A stretch of DNA of 64,000 bases from Octopus bimaculoides (lineage: Eukaryota). The notes below the pieces were generated by a model. It did no database searches. It had not been told where the DNA came from and worked only from the letters and a program-made list of their open reading frames with translations. The stretch covers positions 188,547,732-188,611,731 of the forward strand of contig NC_068982.1 of assembly GCF_001194135.2 (NCBI RefSeq), written 5' to 3'. The translations under genes and the position numbers were made by a program. Positions 48,661 to 61,822 of this stretch are shown here, one piece after another; positions within the stretch are counted from its first letter, which is position 1, and every line of letters starts with the position of its first letter.

Positions 48661-51063
48661 GCACAAGAAAAATAGTAAATTGGGGATCCAAAACAGGATA
48701 CGATGGGTAAAGGAACAAATTTTGCTTTACATGTAGAAATAGGGAGGTTTCTTTCACCAACATTTTAATAGTTCAAACTACACAAGTTAATTTGTGGAAA
48801 GCAAAACAGGAATTTTGAAAGAAGTGTCTATAAAACTAGTTTTTAAAGATTGAATGGTTATAGGGGTCCACCAGAATAAAATAGTAATCAAAGGAGTCTG
48901 TTGATAAAAATTGGTTGAGAACCACTGGTGTAAATGTGTGTCATTCATTCCCAATTTTGGGGGAAAAAAGTTGGGTACAGGAAAGGCATCCAGCTGTAGG
49001 AAATTTGCCTCAATGAATTCCATCTGATCCACAAAAGCATGGAAAAGTGGGCCTTAAATGATGGTGATGATGATGATGACTTAGTGATTTCATTATTTCC
49101 TACTTTGTGTGTATAACTGTTTGGTGAATGCATTCAAGGTGACTCTGTAGCAAGATTTGGCTTAGGTGAAATGCGAAGGGAGGGGGCTACTTGTTACCTC
49201 CTTTGTCTTGGTTCCTCAATCATTTCCAACTGCTTTGATTTATTTGGCCAGCATGGAAGATGGGTCAGAGGTCGTTTACTTTGGTAGAGGAGAGAGTGGT
49301 TAGTACGAACATCAAGGAAAGTAAGCGTGGCTGTGTAGTAAGAAGCTTGTTTCTCAACTACATGGTTCTGGGTTCAGTCCCACTGTATAGAAAATTGAGC
49401 AAGTGTCTTCTACTAAAGCCACGGGCCACCCAAATCCTTGTGAATGGATTTGGTAGACAGAAACAGAAACTCGTGTATGTGTGTGTGTGTCACCCACCAC
49501 CATTTGACAATTGGTGTTGATACGTTTATATCCCCAGAACTTAGCGGTTTAGCAAAAGAAACCAATAGAAAAAAGTACCAGGTTTTAGAATTTAAAAAAA
49601 AAAAGTAAGTATTGGGGTGGATTCAACTAAAAATTCTTCAAGGCGATGCCCCAGCATGGCCGCAGTCTAATGACTAAAACAAGATAAACAAGATTTTTTA
49701 AAATAGTAAACAAATTCATATCCCATTTCTATTTAATATTAGAAGCCACGGGTCAAACCACTGACATTTCCCAGGTTTATGTTTTGAGTGAAGAATTTTA
49801 ATTCAAATATAAAAAGGGATTCCAAAACTTAGATTAGGAATCTTTGACGTATTAAATGAAATGGTGCCAAGACTAAATGCCACCACATCTCAAAAAATAC
49901 TGCCCTTGTTTTAGATCCATTCTAATTTAGACTGAACAGATGTGTTCAAAGGCATTCAAACCATGACCGTCCTTTCTTAAAAACATTAAACCCTGGCCTA
50001 CATTGTCGAAGGGGTTGTGCTTTTTCTAAGGTAACCTCTAACCTCTCACTAGGCTAACAGCCGCTTTCCTTGGTTCCACTTCCTCTCTCAGCTAAGAAGT
50101 CTTTGTCTTTTGATGACCCTGCCGGTGCCATGTAAGAAGCATGTACGCTGGTGCCACATGAAAAACACTTGAGCTGGTACCATGTAAAGAGCATCCAGTC
50201 ATACAAACCACGCCAAAACAGACAAGCGGAGCCTGATGCAGCTTTTTGCCTTGCCAGATCCTGTTGAACTGTTCAACCCATGCCAGCATGGAAAAACAAA
50301 CATTAAATGATGATGAAGATGAATGTGTGGTTTGAGGGAGATTTTGCTGCTATTTCTACCAAGCTGAATGACGACATAAACACTCCCTCGTTGGCACGTT
50401 AAAATGCAGGTAGATGCAGACAGCAGCAATGAAGCAGAGGAAGATGTAAAACTTCCAAATGGAGAGAGCAACAGAAGAAAATAAATAAACCACTTTGAAG
50501 CTGAATGGAAGAAAAAGATTTTTGTCCCCATTGTTTCCCTCAGAGAACCAATGGTACCATTTTGTCAGGACGTGAGCTGTTTAGCAAATTAAGGATATCA
50601 AGTGCAAAAGTGCTCGTTATAAACTATTGCCTTGCAGAAACACAAGAGCTACGAAGTGTAGGGTGAAACTGTTCAATGCACCTAGGTACTCACACAAGGT
50701 TTCTTCACAGGGTAGGGACCATAGAAAGCTTTATAAACCTGAAAGTATAAAAATCTCTTTAGGCAAGGTCACATCATATTTTGGGTTTCCATTTGAGATC
50801 AGAAAATATTTAAAACCCAAACAGCTGCATGACTATGTTACGAAGCAGAAAGTTTTCCCTATACCAGACAACCACTCCCATATCAAGGGGGAAGAGATTC
50901 ACTCCCGTCAAACCAACAAATTCAGCATCTGTCAAAAGACGCAAGTGTGGTGGGGAAGACAGTTGCTGCTGCATCTCATTCAGAGGTCCAAAGCTACCAT
51001 AGCACAAATCTTGTTCTCCAAGCTAGACAGAAAATACAAAATATAAAAAAAGATTAAACTTAC

Positions 51064-51175
51064 CGATACTAAATGTTCTGAAGAATCGGTAAACAAGTTC
51101 AGTTTATCAAATGATTCAGAGAGCATACCAGGGTCATGATCTTCCACTATCCACAGGCGGTTGTCGTTCGGTGAC
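51064..51175 (-). CDS. TBC1D15: TBC1D15/17 exon (SPNDNRLWIVEDHDPGMLSESFDKLNLFTDSSEHLVS)
   Basis: tttgtAG acceptor and GTAAGT donor; 112 nt, phase 2 to 0. Confidence 0.9.
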
Positions 51176-53649
51176 CTACAAATTACAGAAATTGACAAGA
51201 AATAAAACAAATTTTTTACAGTAACAAGATGTTTGTAATGTTCAGATTTTCTCCAAAGACATTAGTCATATGAAAGTAGAAGATCTAGGCATGGAAACAG
51301 GGCCAATGGTCCAGGTTACAAAGAGAAGCTGACAATTTCTCACATAGAAACAAGACCAGATGGCCACCACTGCAGAATACATTTCTTTAACCCATTAAGC
51401 ATTCAGATTCCTCTGTCAAAAGTAATCTATTCACTTTCTTTTGATAATCGTATTTTCTCACGACTTCAGGATTGCAACAATATGATTGCTTACTTTCAGA
51501 ATGACATTGTGGGGTATGCATGAGAGGTCTAATCGAGCCAGTTTGAACACAGAATAAGGTAGGACATCTGCACCAGATATGACAGGGTTTTGCAATACCA
51601 TATAGTTACTCTTGAAGAATGTGATTATGACCAAGCGCCCTTCCAAAAATCAACCACCAGAACAGACTCAGTATATTTATCACGTGGTTGAAGGTTCAAT
51701 CTCATTGCTTGGCAAATTTCTTCTATTATACCAGTTGAGGGAGCAATACCTTGTGAAAGGAAATTGGCAAATGAAAACTGCATAAAAGCTCTAAATGTGT
51801 ATTTTTACTGTGTAGTACCTTGGGTATGTATCTTTGAATAAAGAACTCGCTGTCCAAAGCCTTGTGAGTGTATTTAGTAGACAGAAATTGAAAGAAACCT
51901 GTCGTGTGTGTGTGTGATGAGTGTTACTGTCATCCAGTGTCATTCATTTCTGATATTCTGCAAAAATAGGTCTGACCGTGGGGTAATATTACCTTGCCTT
52001 AGAAACAGGTGAGGGTTTGCAACAGACAAGCAGCCACAACAAACTGCGGCAAGCAAGCATGGAAAAGCAGGTTTTCAATGAGACAATCATTAGTCCTCTG
52101 TTTATATGACAGTGAAAGTGACAAGGGATGGTCAGTGTAACTCAGGTGGAATAAGTACCAGAGGATTTTTATTCAAAAGCACTAGTGTGTCAGTTTTGGG
52201 CCTTATCCAACCTTTGGTAGATGGAAAATGGAGGAAGCTTGTCGTGCGCGCGTGTGTGTTTGTGTCTGCATACATCTGCGTCCTATGAATGTTGCATGCT
52301 ACAAGTGGTGCAATAGTTCAATTGCTTGGTGCCTTCAAAAATGTGTAAAATAAGAGATCTCTCACTTGATAAACAGGTAAAAGTTACCAAGAGGAAGGGC
52401 ATTTGACTGTAAAACAGTCCCTCAGCAATCTTACACACCTACCCCTGCTAGTATGGGGAAAAGGATGTTAAAAATGAACAAAGTATCAATGTTTACAGGT
52501 TTTCAACAAGACACTCACTGTATTTAAGTTGGTAAGAGTGGCAAAGGATAGTTTGTGCTTGTTGGCTGGTCTGAGGTGGTGACTGGTTAAGTTGTTGAAT
52601 GAAAATGTTTCTCTTGCGCTGTGTGAAGAAGTAACTGGACAACACCAGGAACAATTAACGGAAGATTTATCATTTTATTATGGCCTTTTACAAATAATAA
52701 CAGCAATAATTACATACTGGGGGAGATGTACAGCTTGGGGTTTACAACAAGCTTACTGAGTCAGAAATCTGTGGCTGGCCCCACATGTGGCAATGGAGGT
52801 TCCTGTCTCAACCATCTGACTGAGAAAGGAATGGAGATGCAATGTGCAGCTGCCTCAACATCCTGCAATTACCACCAAAAGTGGCTTTTTATAGGGCACA
52901 AGGAGAAAGGTCTAGATGATTGAATCACACAATGGCTTGATACTGATTGGTTGCTTAATAGACTAATCACATGAAACTACTGAGGCTCAGCGCTGATGTC
53001 TGACCAGTTACCTAGTGGTTCAATTTCGAATCACCACTACAATGTACTTCAGGTAAAGAACCACAGCTTTTTTTTTTGTTTTGTTTTTTACTAGAAATGC
53101 CTAGGTTATTGATGTTGTCAATGCTTATATTTTTTGAACATCAAAAGATGTACACATACATTTGGAGAATTTTTGAGATTATCTCCCCTTTTCAAGTGGA
53201 GTTGATCTCAGTTGCCATTTGATAACTATAATACACCCATGCCAGTGACATGTAAAAAGCATCCAGTACACACTGTGAGGTGGTTAGCATTAGGAAGGGC
53301 ATCCAACCAAAGAAGCCATACCAAAACAGACAACTGGAGCCTGGCGCAGCTCTCTGGCCTTGCCAGCTCCTGTCAAACTTTTCTACTCTAGGCACAAGGC
53401 CTGAAATTTTGGGGAAAAGGGAGCACTCGATTAGATCGACCCCAGTACGCAACTGGTACTTAATTTATCGACCCCAAAAGGATGAAAGGCAAAGCCGACT
53501 TTGACGAATTTGAACTCAGAACGTAAAGACAGACAAAATACCGCTAGGCATTTTACCCGGTGTGCTAATGATTCTGCAAATGTATGACAAACTGTCCAAC
53601 CCATGACAGCATGGAAAACAGATGTTAAAATGATGATGATCCTCTAAAG

Positions 53650-53825
53650 CAGTGCTTCTTAAACTATGGGTCACAAAGAGAAATACTGGGGTCGCGAAAA
53701 TTAAATTCAAACACTTGAATTTCAGTTTACATGTTATTTCACAAATGTATATTCAATACTTGGGGTTGTGAAAAATCTTGTGATGAAAAATGGGGTTGTA
53801 AAAGAAAAAAGTTTAAGAAGCGTTG
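53650..53825. mobile_element. hAT (Charlie-like) MITE
   Basis: Perfect 8-bp TSD CTCTAAAG at 53642-53649 and 53826-53833; TIR CAGTGCTTCTTAAAC / GTTTAAGAAGCGTTG. Confidence 0.9.
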
Positions 53826-54815
53826 CTCTAAAGCAACAGTTCTCCACCCTTTTTATACTTATGGACCCCTTTGGTTACTATTTCACTAAGTTTTTTAAAG
53901 TCTTGTAAAGAGTCTAATATATTCTTTTGCAGTCTTTTTACCATCTTAGAAATATTTATTCTGCAATAAAATACTTACTGCGGAGAGACTTTTTGAACAC
54001 CCTGTATTTATTTCTTTATTGCACACAGGGGTCTAAACATAGAAGGGACAAACAAGGACAGACATCAACCCCAGTGCATAACTGGTACTTATTTAATCAA
54101 CCCCGAAAGGATGCAAGGCAAAATCAACCTCGGCGTAATTTGAACTCAGAAAGCAAAGGCAGACGAAATACCACTAAGCATTTCTCCCGGTGTACTAACA
54201 ATTCTGCCAGCTCACTACCCTATATAATAGGGATATTATATAGGGACAAGTAAGAACAGTTGCGGAGACAGAAGGTAGAGCCAAAGTGCCACTAACAAAG
54301 TAGTACTCAATACAAAGCTTTGAAAGGGTCACACACTGGGATTGATTGTGAAGTCAGAAAATTTGAATTGCATATAACTTCCTTTTATCTTTTGTTTCAG
54401 TCACTGGTCTATGGCCATGCTGGGGCACCACCTAGAGTGGTTTAGCTGAATAACTCGACTCTAGTACTTGTTTCTAAGTCTGGTACTTATTCTAGTGGTG
54501 TCCTTTGCCAAACCACTAAGTTACACACTAGTTGTCAAATGGTGTGGGACACACCACACCACACACATACATAGATACACACACACGACAGCTTCCACAG
54601 TTTTCGCCTACCAAATGCATTCTCAAGACTTAGGTCAACCCAGGGCTACAAGAGAAGACACCTGCCCAAGGTGCCACAAAGTGGCAAAGGGGGTGGTGGA
54701 CAAAACTAAAATTATATGATTGCAAAGTGAACGTCTTAACCAGTCGGCCATGAATGCATCTATTTTTTTTTTTTTTTTTTTTTAATGATGAATAATGTAA
54801 AACTAGAACACTTAC

Positions 54816-55029
54816 ATCTGAATGCAAACATGTTGGCTGAGGAGGGAGAAAAATTCCGATGATCCACCAGAATGAAAATGCAGTGCTGGATATGTGGTAC
54901 CGTCTTTGAGGATGAAGATGAAGTATTTCCAGCCGTGATGAACTGAATTCGTTTTGAGACTTTTCAAATCGAGGATATCAAAACTTATATTGTACTTCTT
55001 CCGCGTTTCAGTTTTGGAATTTATAGTCA
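54816..55029 (-). CDS. TBC1D15: TBC1D15/17 exon (TINSKTETRKKYNISFDILDLKSLKTNSVHHGWKYFIFILKDGTTYPALHFHSGGSSEFFSLLSQHVCIQ-M)
   Basis: AG/GTAAGT boundaries; 214 nt, phase 1 to 2; SFDxxDLKS...GW.Y..F.LKD...PALHFH is typical of the TBC1D15 N-terminal region. Confidence 0.95.
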
Positions 55030-55030
55030 C

Positions 55031-55670
55031 TAATAACAACAACAATAATAATAATAATTATAATAACAATTTCAAATTTTTTGCCACAAGGGCAGCTTGG
55101 GAAAGGGGATTAAGTCAAATGCATTGCCCCCAGTGCATAACTGGTACTTATTCAATCGACCCCAAAAGGGTGAACGGCAAAGTCGACCTTGGTGGAATTT
55201 GAACTCAGAACGTAGAGGCAGACAAAATACTGCTAAGCATCTCACCTGGCATGCTAACGACTTCAATAGTTTCAAAGCTGCCACAGGGGCAGCAATTTTG
55301 GGGGAGAGGATGAGTCGATTAGATCGACCCCGGTATGCAACTGGTACTTATTCAATCGACCCCGAAAGGATGAAAGGCAAAGTCGACCTTTGCGGAATTT
55401 GAACTCAGAACATAGAGTAGACGAAATACTCAATCATTTCGCCCGGCGTGCTAACGATTCTGCCAGCACACCGCCTTAGATAATAATAATAATAATAATT
55501 TTGGCAGAAGGCAACGAAGTTTGGAGGATGGGGTTAATTGATTACATCCAACCGAGTGTTGAACTGTCATTCTATTGACCCCGAAAGAATGAAAGGCAGT
55601 CGACCATGGCGGAATTTGAACTCAGAGCACTTTGCCTGCTGTGCTGACGATTCTGTCAGCTTGCCGCCTT
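55031..55670 (-). mobile_element. Three tandem family E SINEs (other copies near 24030, 38520, 53395, 54060)
   Basis: Repeated ctggtactta..atcgacccc.aaagg.tgaa.ggcaaagtcgacc blocks separated by AAT-rich spacers. Confidence 0.85.
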
Positions 55671-56244
55671 CATAATAATAACAAAATTAATAAAATTGTA
55701 CATTATCTGATCAACGTGCAATGTCTTTTCAATTAGTGAAAAAAGAGAGAAAATATATAAAAGATTTTGTAAGGGGAGAGAATCCAGTAAACTGAATCGA
55801 ACACAAAATTGTAATTACTCTGAAGCAGTTATGGACCTTGCTTGATGACGTAACTCTAGCCATTGAGTAAGTGGTTCGAATGCTGAGCATTGCTAGATGT
55901 TATTCAGCTTAAAACGTTTTGTTACCATATTAAAACAGAAACCATATTGAAATATGTTAATACTGCCTTTTTGTAATTAATTTGGAAAATAATGAAGAAT
56001 TAAGCGAAACCACATTTTCATTATTAAGCTGGTCTTTGGAACATAAATTAGTTTGAAGTTTTGATTGAGATCTCTTTAACTCATCTGTTATAATATTTCT
56101 GTTGAAATGCATTGCCTTTGTTTCAATTAATTTATAAACTAATGAAGAATTTAGTAAAATAACTTTCATCATTATTAATCTGGTGCTAATTCATAACGAA
56201 CTGCCATCCAATGAGAACAAATAGATGAAAGCAATCGTCTTTAC

Positions 56245-56359
56245 CTGATTCAGACTGTCTGTCTAATTTATAACCAACAGCATTACCAACCACAGCCCAA
56301 TCGTGTTCATCAGAAGAAGGCACTTCTTCAGCTTTCCATTCTACAAATAAACCTTCCGG
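56245..56359 (-). CDS. TBC1D15: TBC1D15/17 exon (PEGLFVEWKAEEVPSSDEHDWAVVGNAVGYKLDRQSES-V); most 5' exon found
   Basis: tttcAG acceptor and GTAAAG donor; 115 nt, phase 0 to 1; joins in frame to the next exon. Confidence 0.85.
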
Positions 56360-56705
56360 CTGAAATAAAAAAAAAAAAAAGAATAACAATAACTGAGCAG
56401 TTTGGCAAAAGAGACTGATAGAATAATTACATGGATTTTTTTTTTTAGAAAAGAAAGTACTGGGGTTGATCCATTTGACTACAAGAATTCTTAAAGGCGG
56501 TGCCCCAGCATGGCCGCAGTCTAATGCCTGAAGCAAGTAAAAAGATAAAATATATACACACAACAGTTATTATAATAAATAATTTCATTTTCCTGCTCCA
56601 TAAATAACAAACAAAAGGGCAATGAATTGTTGGAGCAGGTTTTGTGGTGTGAAATGTGTCTTAACAGAAAACAATACTGGTTAGCCATGAAATAGTTTCT
56701 GCGAC

Positions 56706-57756
56706 CTAGGCAACCAAGTCTGTAGTGGGGTGGGGTTGCACTGGGAGTGTAGCGACTAGAGTAAGAATAGCCTGGACAAAGTTCAGGGAGCTCCTACCTC
56801 TGCTGGCAACTAAGGGCTTCTCGCTCAGGGTGGAAGGTAGACTGTATGATGCATGTGTGCAAACAGTTATGCTACACAGCAGTGAAACATGGGCCATGAA
56901 TGCTGAAGATATGCATAGGCTTGAAAGAAATGAAGCTAGTATGATCCACTGGATATGTAAAATCAGTGAGCATACACAACAGAGTGTAAGTGCCCTGAGA
57001 GAAATGTTAGACATAAGAAGCATCAAATGTGGTGTGCAAGAGAGGTGGCTGTGCTGGTATGGTCATGTGTTACGTATGAATGAAGACAGCTGTATGAGGA
57101 AGTGCCACTCCCTAACTGTGGAAGAGGTAGACCCAGGAAGACAAAGGATGAGGTGGTGAAGTATGACCTTCGAACATTGGGCCTCACAGAGGCAATGACA
57201 GGAGACCAGGACCTTTGGAGATATGCTGTGATTGAGAAAACTCAGCAACTAAAGCGAGATTGCAGCCATGCATGTCCAGCCCCGTTAAGAATACCCCTGA
57301 TGCATTGTGCGATATGATATGCTTGACAAGACCAGTTGAGTCAAGTAAAACCAATATCGTAGCTGTGGCCAGTTCCCCCTGCACATAAAAAGCACCATCC
57401 AAATGTGGTCGATGCCAGGTCCACTTGACTGGTTCCTGTGCCAGTGGCATGTAAAAAGTGCCAACCGAACGTGGCCAATGCCAGTATCTCCAGACTAGTT
57501 CCTGTGCCGGTGGCACATAAAAAGCGCTATCCAAACGTGGTCGATGCCAGTGCCGCCTGACTGGCTCCTGTGCCGGTGACACATAAAAAGCACCCACTAC
57601 ATTCTCAGAGTGGTTGGCGTTAGGAAAGGCATCCAGCTGTAGAAACACTGCCAAATCAGACTGGAGCCTGGTGCAGCCACTGGCTTTACCAGAGCTCAGT
57701 CAAAGCATCCAACCCATGCCAGCATGGAAAGTGGACGTTAAACGATGATGATGATG
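56706..57756 (+). mobile_element. RTE LINE 3' portion: RT C-terminus, 3' UTR with tandem hairpin units, (GAT)n tail
   Basis: GCTGSVATRVRIAWTKFRELLPLL...LHSSETW...CWYGHVLRM, then the conserved tail ccaacccatgccagcatggaaagtggacgttaaacgatgatg. Confidence 0.93.
57323..57600 (+). repeat. Tandem array of ~63-66-bp units in RTE 3' UTR
   Basis: Four successive (gtgg)cacataaaaagcacc...gatgccag...gactggct..tgtgcc units. Confidence 0.9.
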
Positions 57757-58399
57757 AAGGCACACATAGCACCTGCCTTTCTGGTCTCTGCTGCTGAAGA
57801 GGAGATAACCACCCTGAAATGCATGCATCCCACAGTCTGGATAGAAGACACTCTGGATGGATTCAGTGTATTTCCACCCATTTGTCTGCAGTGAGAAATG
57901 TTCTCACTAACAAAATACAGGGAATAGCTTTCTGATGAGTTTGACTATGCCCCTAAGCATATTTGAACTGGTAACTAGTGTGTATGTACTGATATATATA
58001 TATAGGGATGGATGTGTGGTAGGAAGCTTGCTAGCTAGCCACATGGTTCCAAGTTCAGTCCCACTGAGTGGCATATAGGACAAGTGTCTCTACTCTAGCC
58101 TCAAGCCAACCAAAGCCTTGTGAGTGAGTGGATTTGGGAGACAGTAATTAAAAGAAGCCGATTATGAACACACACACACATATATATATATATATATGGG
58201 GGGTGGGGAGGGGTGTTCCCCACCTCCGCTTCACAACCACTGTTGATTCATGTCCTTGTAACTTAGCGGTTCAATGAAAGAGACAGACAGGATAGGTATC
58301 AGGGTTAAAAAAGTACTAGGATTAGTTCGTTTGACTGAAAATTCCACAAGGCAGTGCTCCAGCATGGTCACAGTCTAATGAGTACACACACACACATTA

Positions 58400-59890
58400 T
58401 CATCATCATCATCATCGTTTAACGTCCGCTTTCCATGCTAGCATGGGTTGGACGATTTAATTGAGGACTGGTGAAACCAGATGGCAACACCAGGCTCCAA
58501 TCTGATTTGGCAGAGTTTCTACAGCTGGATGCCCTTCCTAACGCCAACCACTCAGAGAGAGTAGTGGGTGCTTTTACGTGTCACCCGCACGAAGGCCAGT
58601 CAGGCAGTACTGGCAACGGCCACGCTCAAAATGGTGTATTTTNNNNNNNNNNNNNNNNNNNNNNNNNNNNNNNNNNNNNNNNNNNNNNNNNNNNNNNNNN
58701 NNNNNNNNNNNNNNNNNNNNNNNNNNNNNNNNNNNNNNNNNNNNNNNNNNNNNNNNNNNNNNNNNNNNNNNNNNNNNNNNNNNNNNNNNNNNNNNNNNNN
58801 NNNNNNNNNNNNNNNNNNNNNNNNNNNNNNNNNNNNNNNNNNNNNNNNNNNNNNNNNNNNNNNNNNNNNNNNNNNNNNNNNNNNNNNNNNNNNNNNNNNN
58901 NNNNNNNNNNNNNNNNNNNNNNNNNNNNNNNNNNNNNNNNNNNNNNNNNNNNNNNNNNNNNNNNNNNNNNNNNNNNNNNNNNNNNNNNNNNNNNNNNNNN
59001 NNNNNNNNNNNNNNNNNNNNNNNNNNNNNNNNNNNNNNNNNNNNNNNNNNNNNNNNNNNNNNNNNNNNNNNNNNNNNNNNNNNNNNNNNNNNNNNNNNNN
59101 NNNNNNNNNNNNNNNNNNNNNNNNNNNNNNNNNNNNNNNNNNNNNNNNNNNNNNNNNNNNNNNNNNNNNNNNNNNNNNNNNNNNNNNNNNNNNNNNNNNN
59201 NNNNNNNNNNNNNNNNNNNNNNNNNNNNNNNNNNNNNNNNNNNNNNNNNNNNNNNNNNNNNNNNNNNNNNNNNNNNNNNNNNNNNNNNNNNNNNNNNNNN
59301 NNNNNNNNNNNNNNNNNNNNNNNNNNNNNNNNNNNNNNNNNNNNNNNNNNNNNNNNNNNNNNNNNNNNNNNNNNNNNNNNNNNNNNNNNNNNNNNNNNNN
59401 NNNNNNNNNNNNNNNNNNNNNNNNNNNNNNNNNNNNNNNNNNNNNNNNNNNNNNNNNNNNNNNNNNNNNNNNNNNNNNNNNNNNTTATGTTCAGCTTTTC
59501 TCTCAAGATACTTACACTCTGTCGGGTATGCACACTGACAATAGACATCCAGCGGAGCATACTGGCTTCATTCCTTGCGAGCTTACGCATGTCCTCAGCA
59601 GTCACAGCCCATGTTTCACTGCCATGTAGCATGGCTGTTCATACACATGTGTCATACAGTCTGCCTTTTACTCTGAGTGAGAGTCCCTTTGTCACCAGCA
59701 GAGGTAAGAGCTCTCTGAACTTTGCCCAGGCTATTCTTATTCTAGCAGCTACACTTTCAGCGCACCCACCCCCACTATTAACTTGGTCACCCTGATAGCG
59801 GAAGCTATCAACTACCTCTAGTTTTTCTCCTTGGAATGAGACAGAAGTTGTTTCCTGTTTGTTTACAGTATTTATTGCACCTGAACATCA
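58400..59890 (-). mobile_element. RTE LINE 3' portion spanning a gap
   Basis: CSGAINT...QGEKLEVVDSFRY...ARIRIAWAKFRELLPLL...LHGSETW on the minus strand; (CAT)n tail at 58400. Confidence 0.92.
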
Positions 59891-60676
59891 AAACAAAAAA
59901 TAGTTAAAATATCTTTTTTAGTATATAATGGTGGCAAGTTTTACATCATCTGAAAGGTCATTAGTTGAACTATTAGTCCTCTTGCATTCTGGGAGCGTTT
60001 GAGTGACATTAGGCCTTAACAAGTGTCCATAAATTAAATGCATCTATCTGGGCCACGATCGTGGCCTGTTGCACTTTTTGTGTTAACTGTGTCTTAATGT
60101 AGATAATGTTTTAACATCCCCGCACCCTCCACCCCATGGTTTGCACTGGTAAATACCAAATATCTGCTGTTGAAACAACTGTCAAATTGTGAAATGTATG
60201 TGGGGGGGAGGGAGATTTTGCTGACACAGACTACCACTAGTTTTCTTATCATCATCATCATCATTAAATGTCTGTTTTCCCATGCTGGCATGGGTTGGAT
60301 GGCTTGAGAGGAGTTGGCAACCTGAAGAGCTGTACCAGGCTCCCAGCCTTACCAGCTCCTGTCAAAGAATCCAACCCATGCCAGCACGGTAAACAGTCGC
60401 TAAATGATGAGGATTCTATGGCTGGGTGCCCTTCCTAACACCAACCACTTCAGAGCACAGGTACTTTTTATACGGCACCGGCACCAGATACGACTGACCT
60501 AAAAGAGATGGGATGAAAGCAGAGAGGTTATGGAGCAAGGAGACAGAACATTGGAGACAGGACATGAATTGGAACTAAAGCAGTAGTAATTCCACAAGGC
60601 AAAGTGGCTGAGTTTCTTTTGAGCCAGCCATGTCATATTGAATCTCCCTGAGAACTACATTAAAAGTATACATGTA

Positions 60677-61060
60677 GGCGCAGGAGTGGTTGTGTGGTAA
60701 GAAGCTTGCTTACCAACCACATAGTCCTGGGTTCAGTCCCACCATGTGGCACCTTGGGCAAGTGTCTTCTATTATAGCCTCGGGCCGATGAAGGCCTTGT
60801 GAGTGGATTTGGTAGACAGAAACTGAAAGAAGCCTGTCGTATANNNNNNNNNNNNNNNNNNNNNNNNNNNNNNNNNNNNNNNNNNNNNNNNNNNNNNNNN
60901 NNNNNNNNNNNNNNNNNNNNNNNNNNNNNNNNNNNNNNNNNNNNNNNNNNNNNNNNATATATATGTGTGTGTGTGTGTGTGTGTGTTTGTTTTCCCCCCC
61001 AACATTACTTGGTGTGTTTACATCCCCGTAACTTAGTGGTTTGGCAAAAGATTCCCATAG
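60677..61060 (+). mobile_element. SINE family B (other copies near 12345, 15600, 16345, 19210, 22670, 29700, 43730, 46790, 47440, 49325, 54400, 58010, 63570)
   Basis: The same head/CORE/ccttgtgagtggatttggtagac motifs occur at each site. Confidence 0.85.
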
Positions 61061-61399
61061 AATAGGCCACTGAAACAAGTAGAAGGAAAAAAAAAAAGAA
61101 TGTCTGTGGATCGCTCAGCCACTTGCACATTAAGTCCATGAACAGGCTGTTCTGTTGATCAGATCAACTGGAACTCCTCATAACCAACGGAGAGCCAGTT
61201 AAGGATCAAATGAACAGATTAGAAATTGTTCAGGGAGCACCAGAACTAAGAAAAAACAAGGAAACACTACCTTGTGTGTTGTTGGATGGGATAGAAAGAA
61301 GAGAATTAGGAAAATGAAGTGGTTTATGTTGTAAGTAAAAAAAGATTTCATTTCATGAAGTTTACAATGTATATAGGTCATTTATACCTATCTCTGATA

Positions 61400-61435
<36 letters not shown>

Positions 61436-61822
61436 AAGCAAGTCAGCACATTTCACTTTTGATCAGGATGAAAACAAACTAAAAATAAAACCTCACACAA
61501 ACTCACCGATTTAGCAGCAGAGACCAGTACAGGGGATGAGAAACAACCAGCTTAAGGAGAAGGGAAAGTGGGACAGCTGGTGTGTTGTGTATAAATTCAT
61601 TGTATGTACTGTATACACCCTAATCAATTGCTGTCATAGATAAGTCAAACGATGACAACAACTGACAGGCTGAAGTAAGAGACAAATGAGAAAAAAAAAA
61701 AAAGAGAATGTTTTCTTTTTGTTTTTGCTTTTTAATTGCTTGTATAAACACAAGTATTGATTATTTTCGTTTGACCTTCATATTTTCTCAGGAAAGCTGG
61801 TGACGTGAATAGATTTACTTTT

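Noticed and set aside
57323-57600. Repeat array superficially like CRISPR
   Set aside because: Units are contiguous with no unique spacers, sit within RTE 3' UTRs and there are no cas genes; the sequence is eukaryotic.
61501-61600. Possible upstream TBC1D15 exon ending in GTGAGT
   Set aside because: No frame resembles the TBC1D15 N-terminus, and part of it matches a repeat at 57781.
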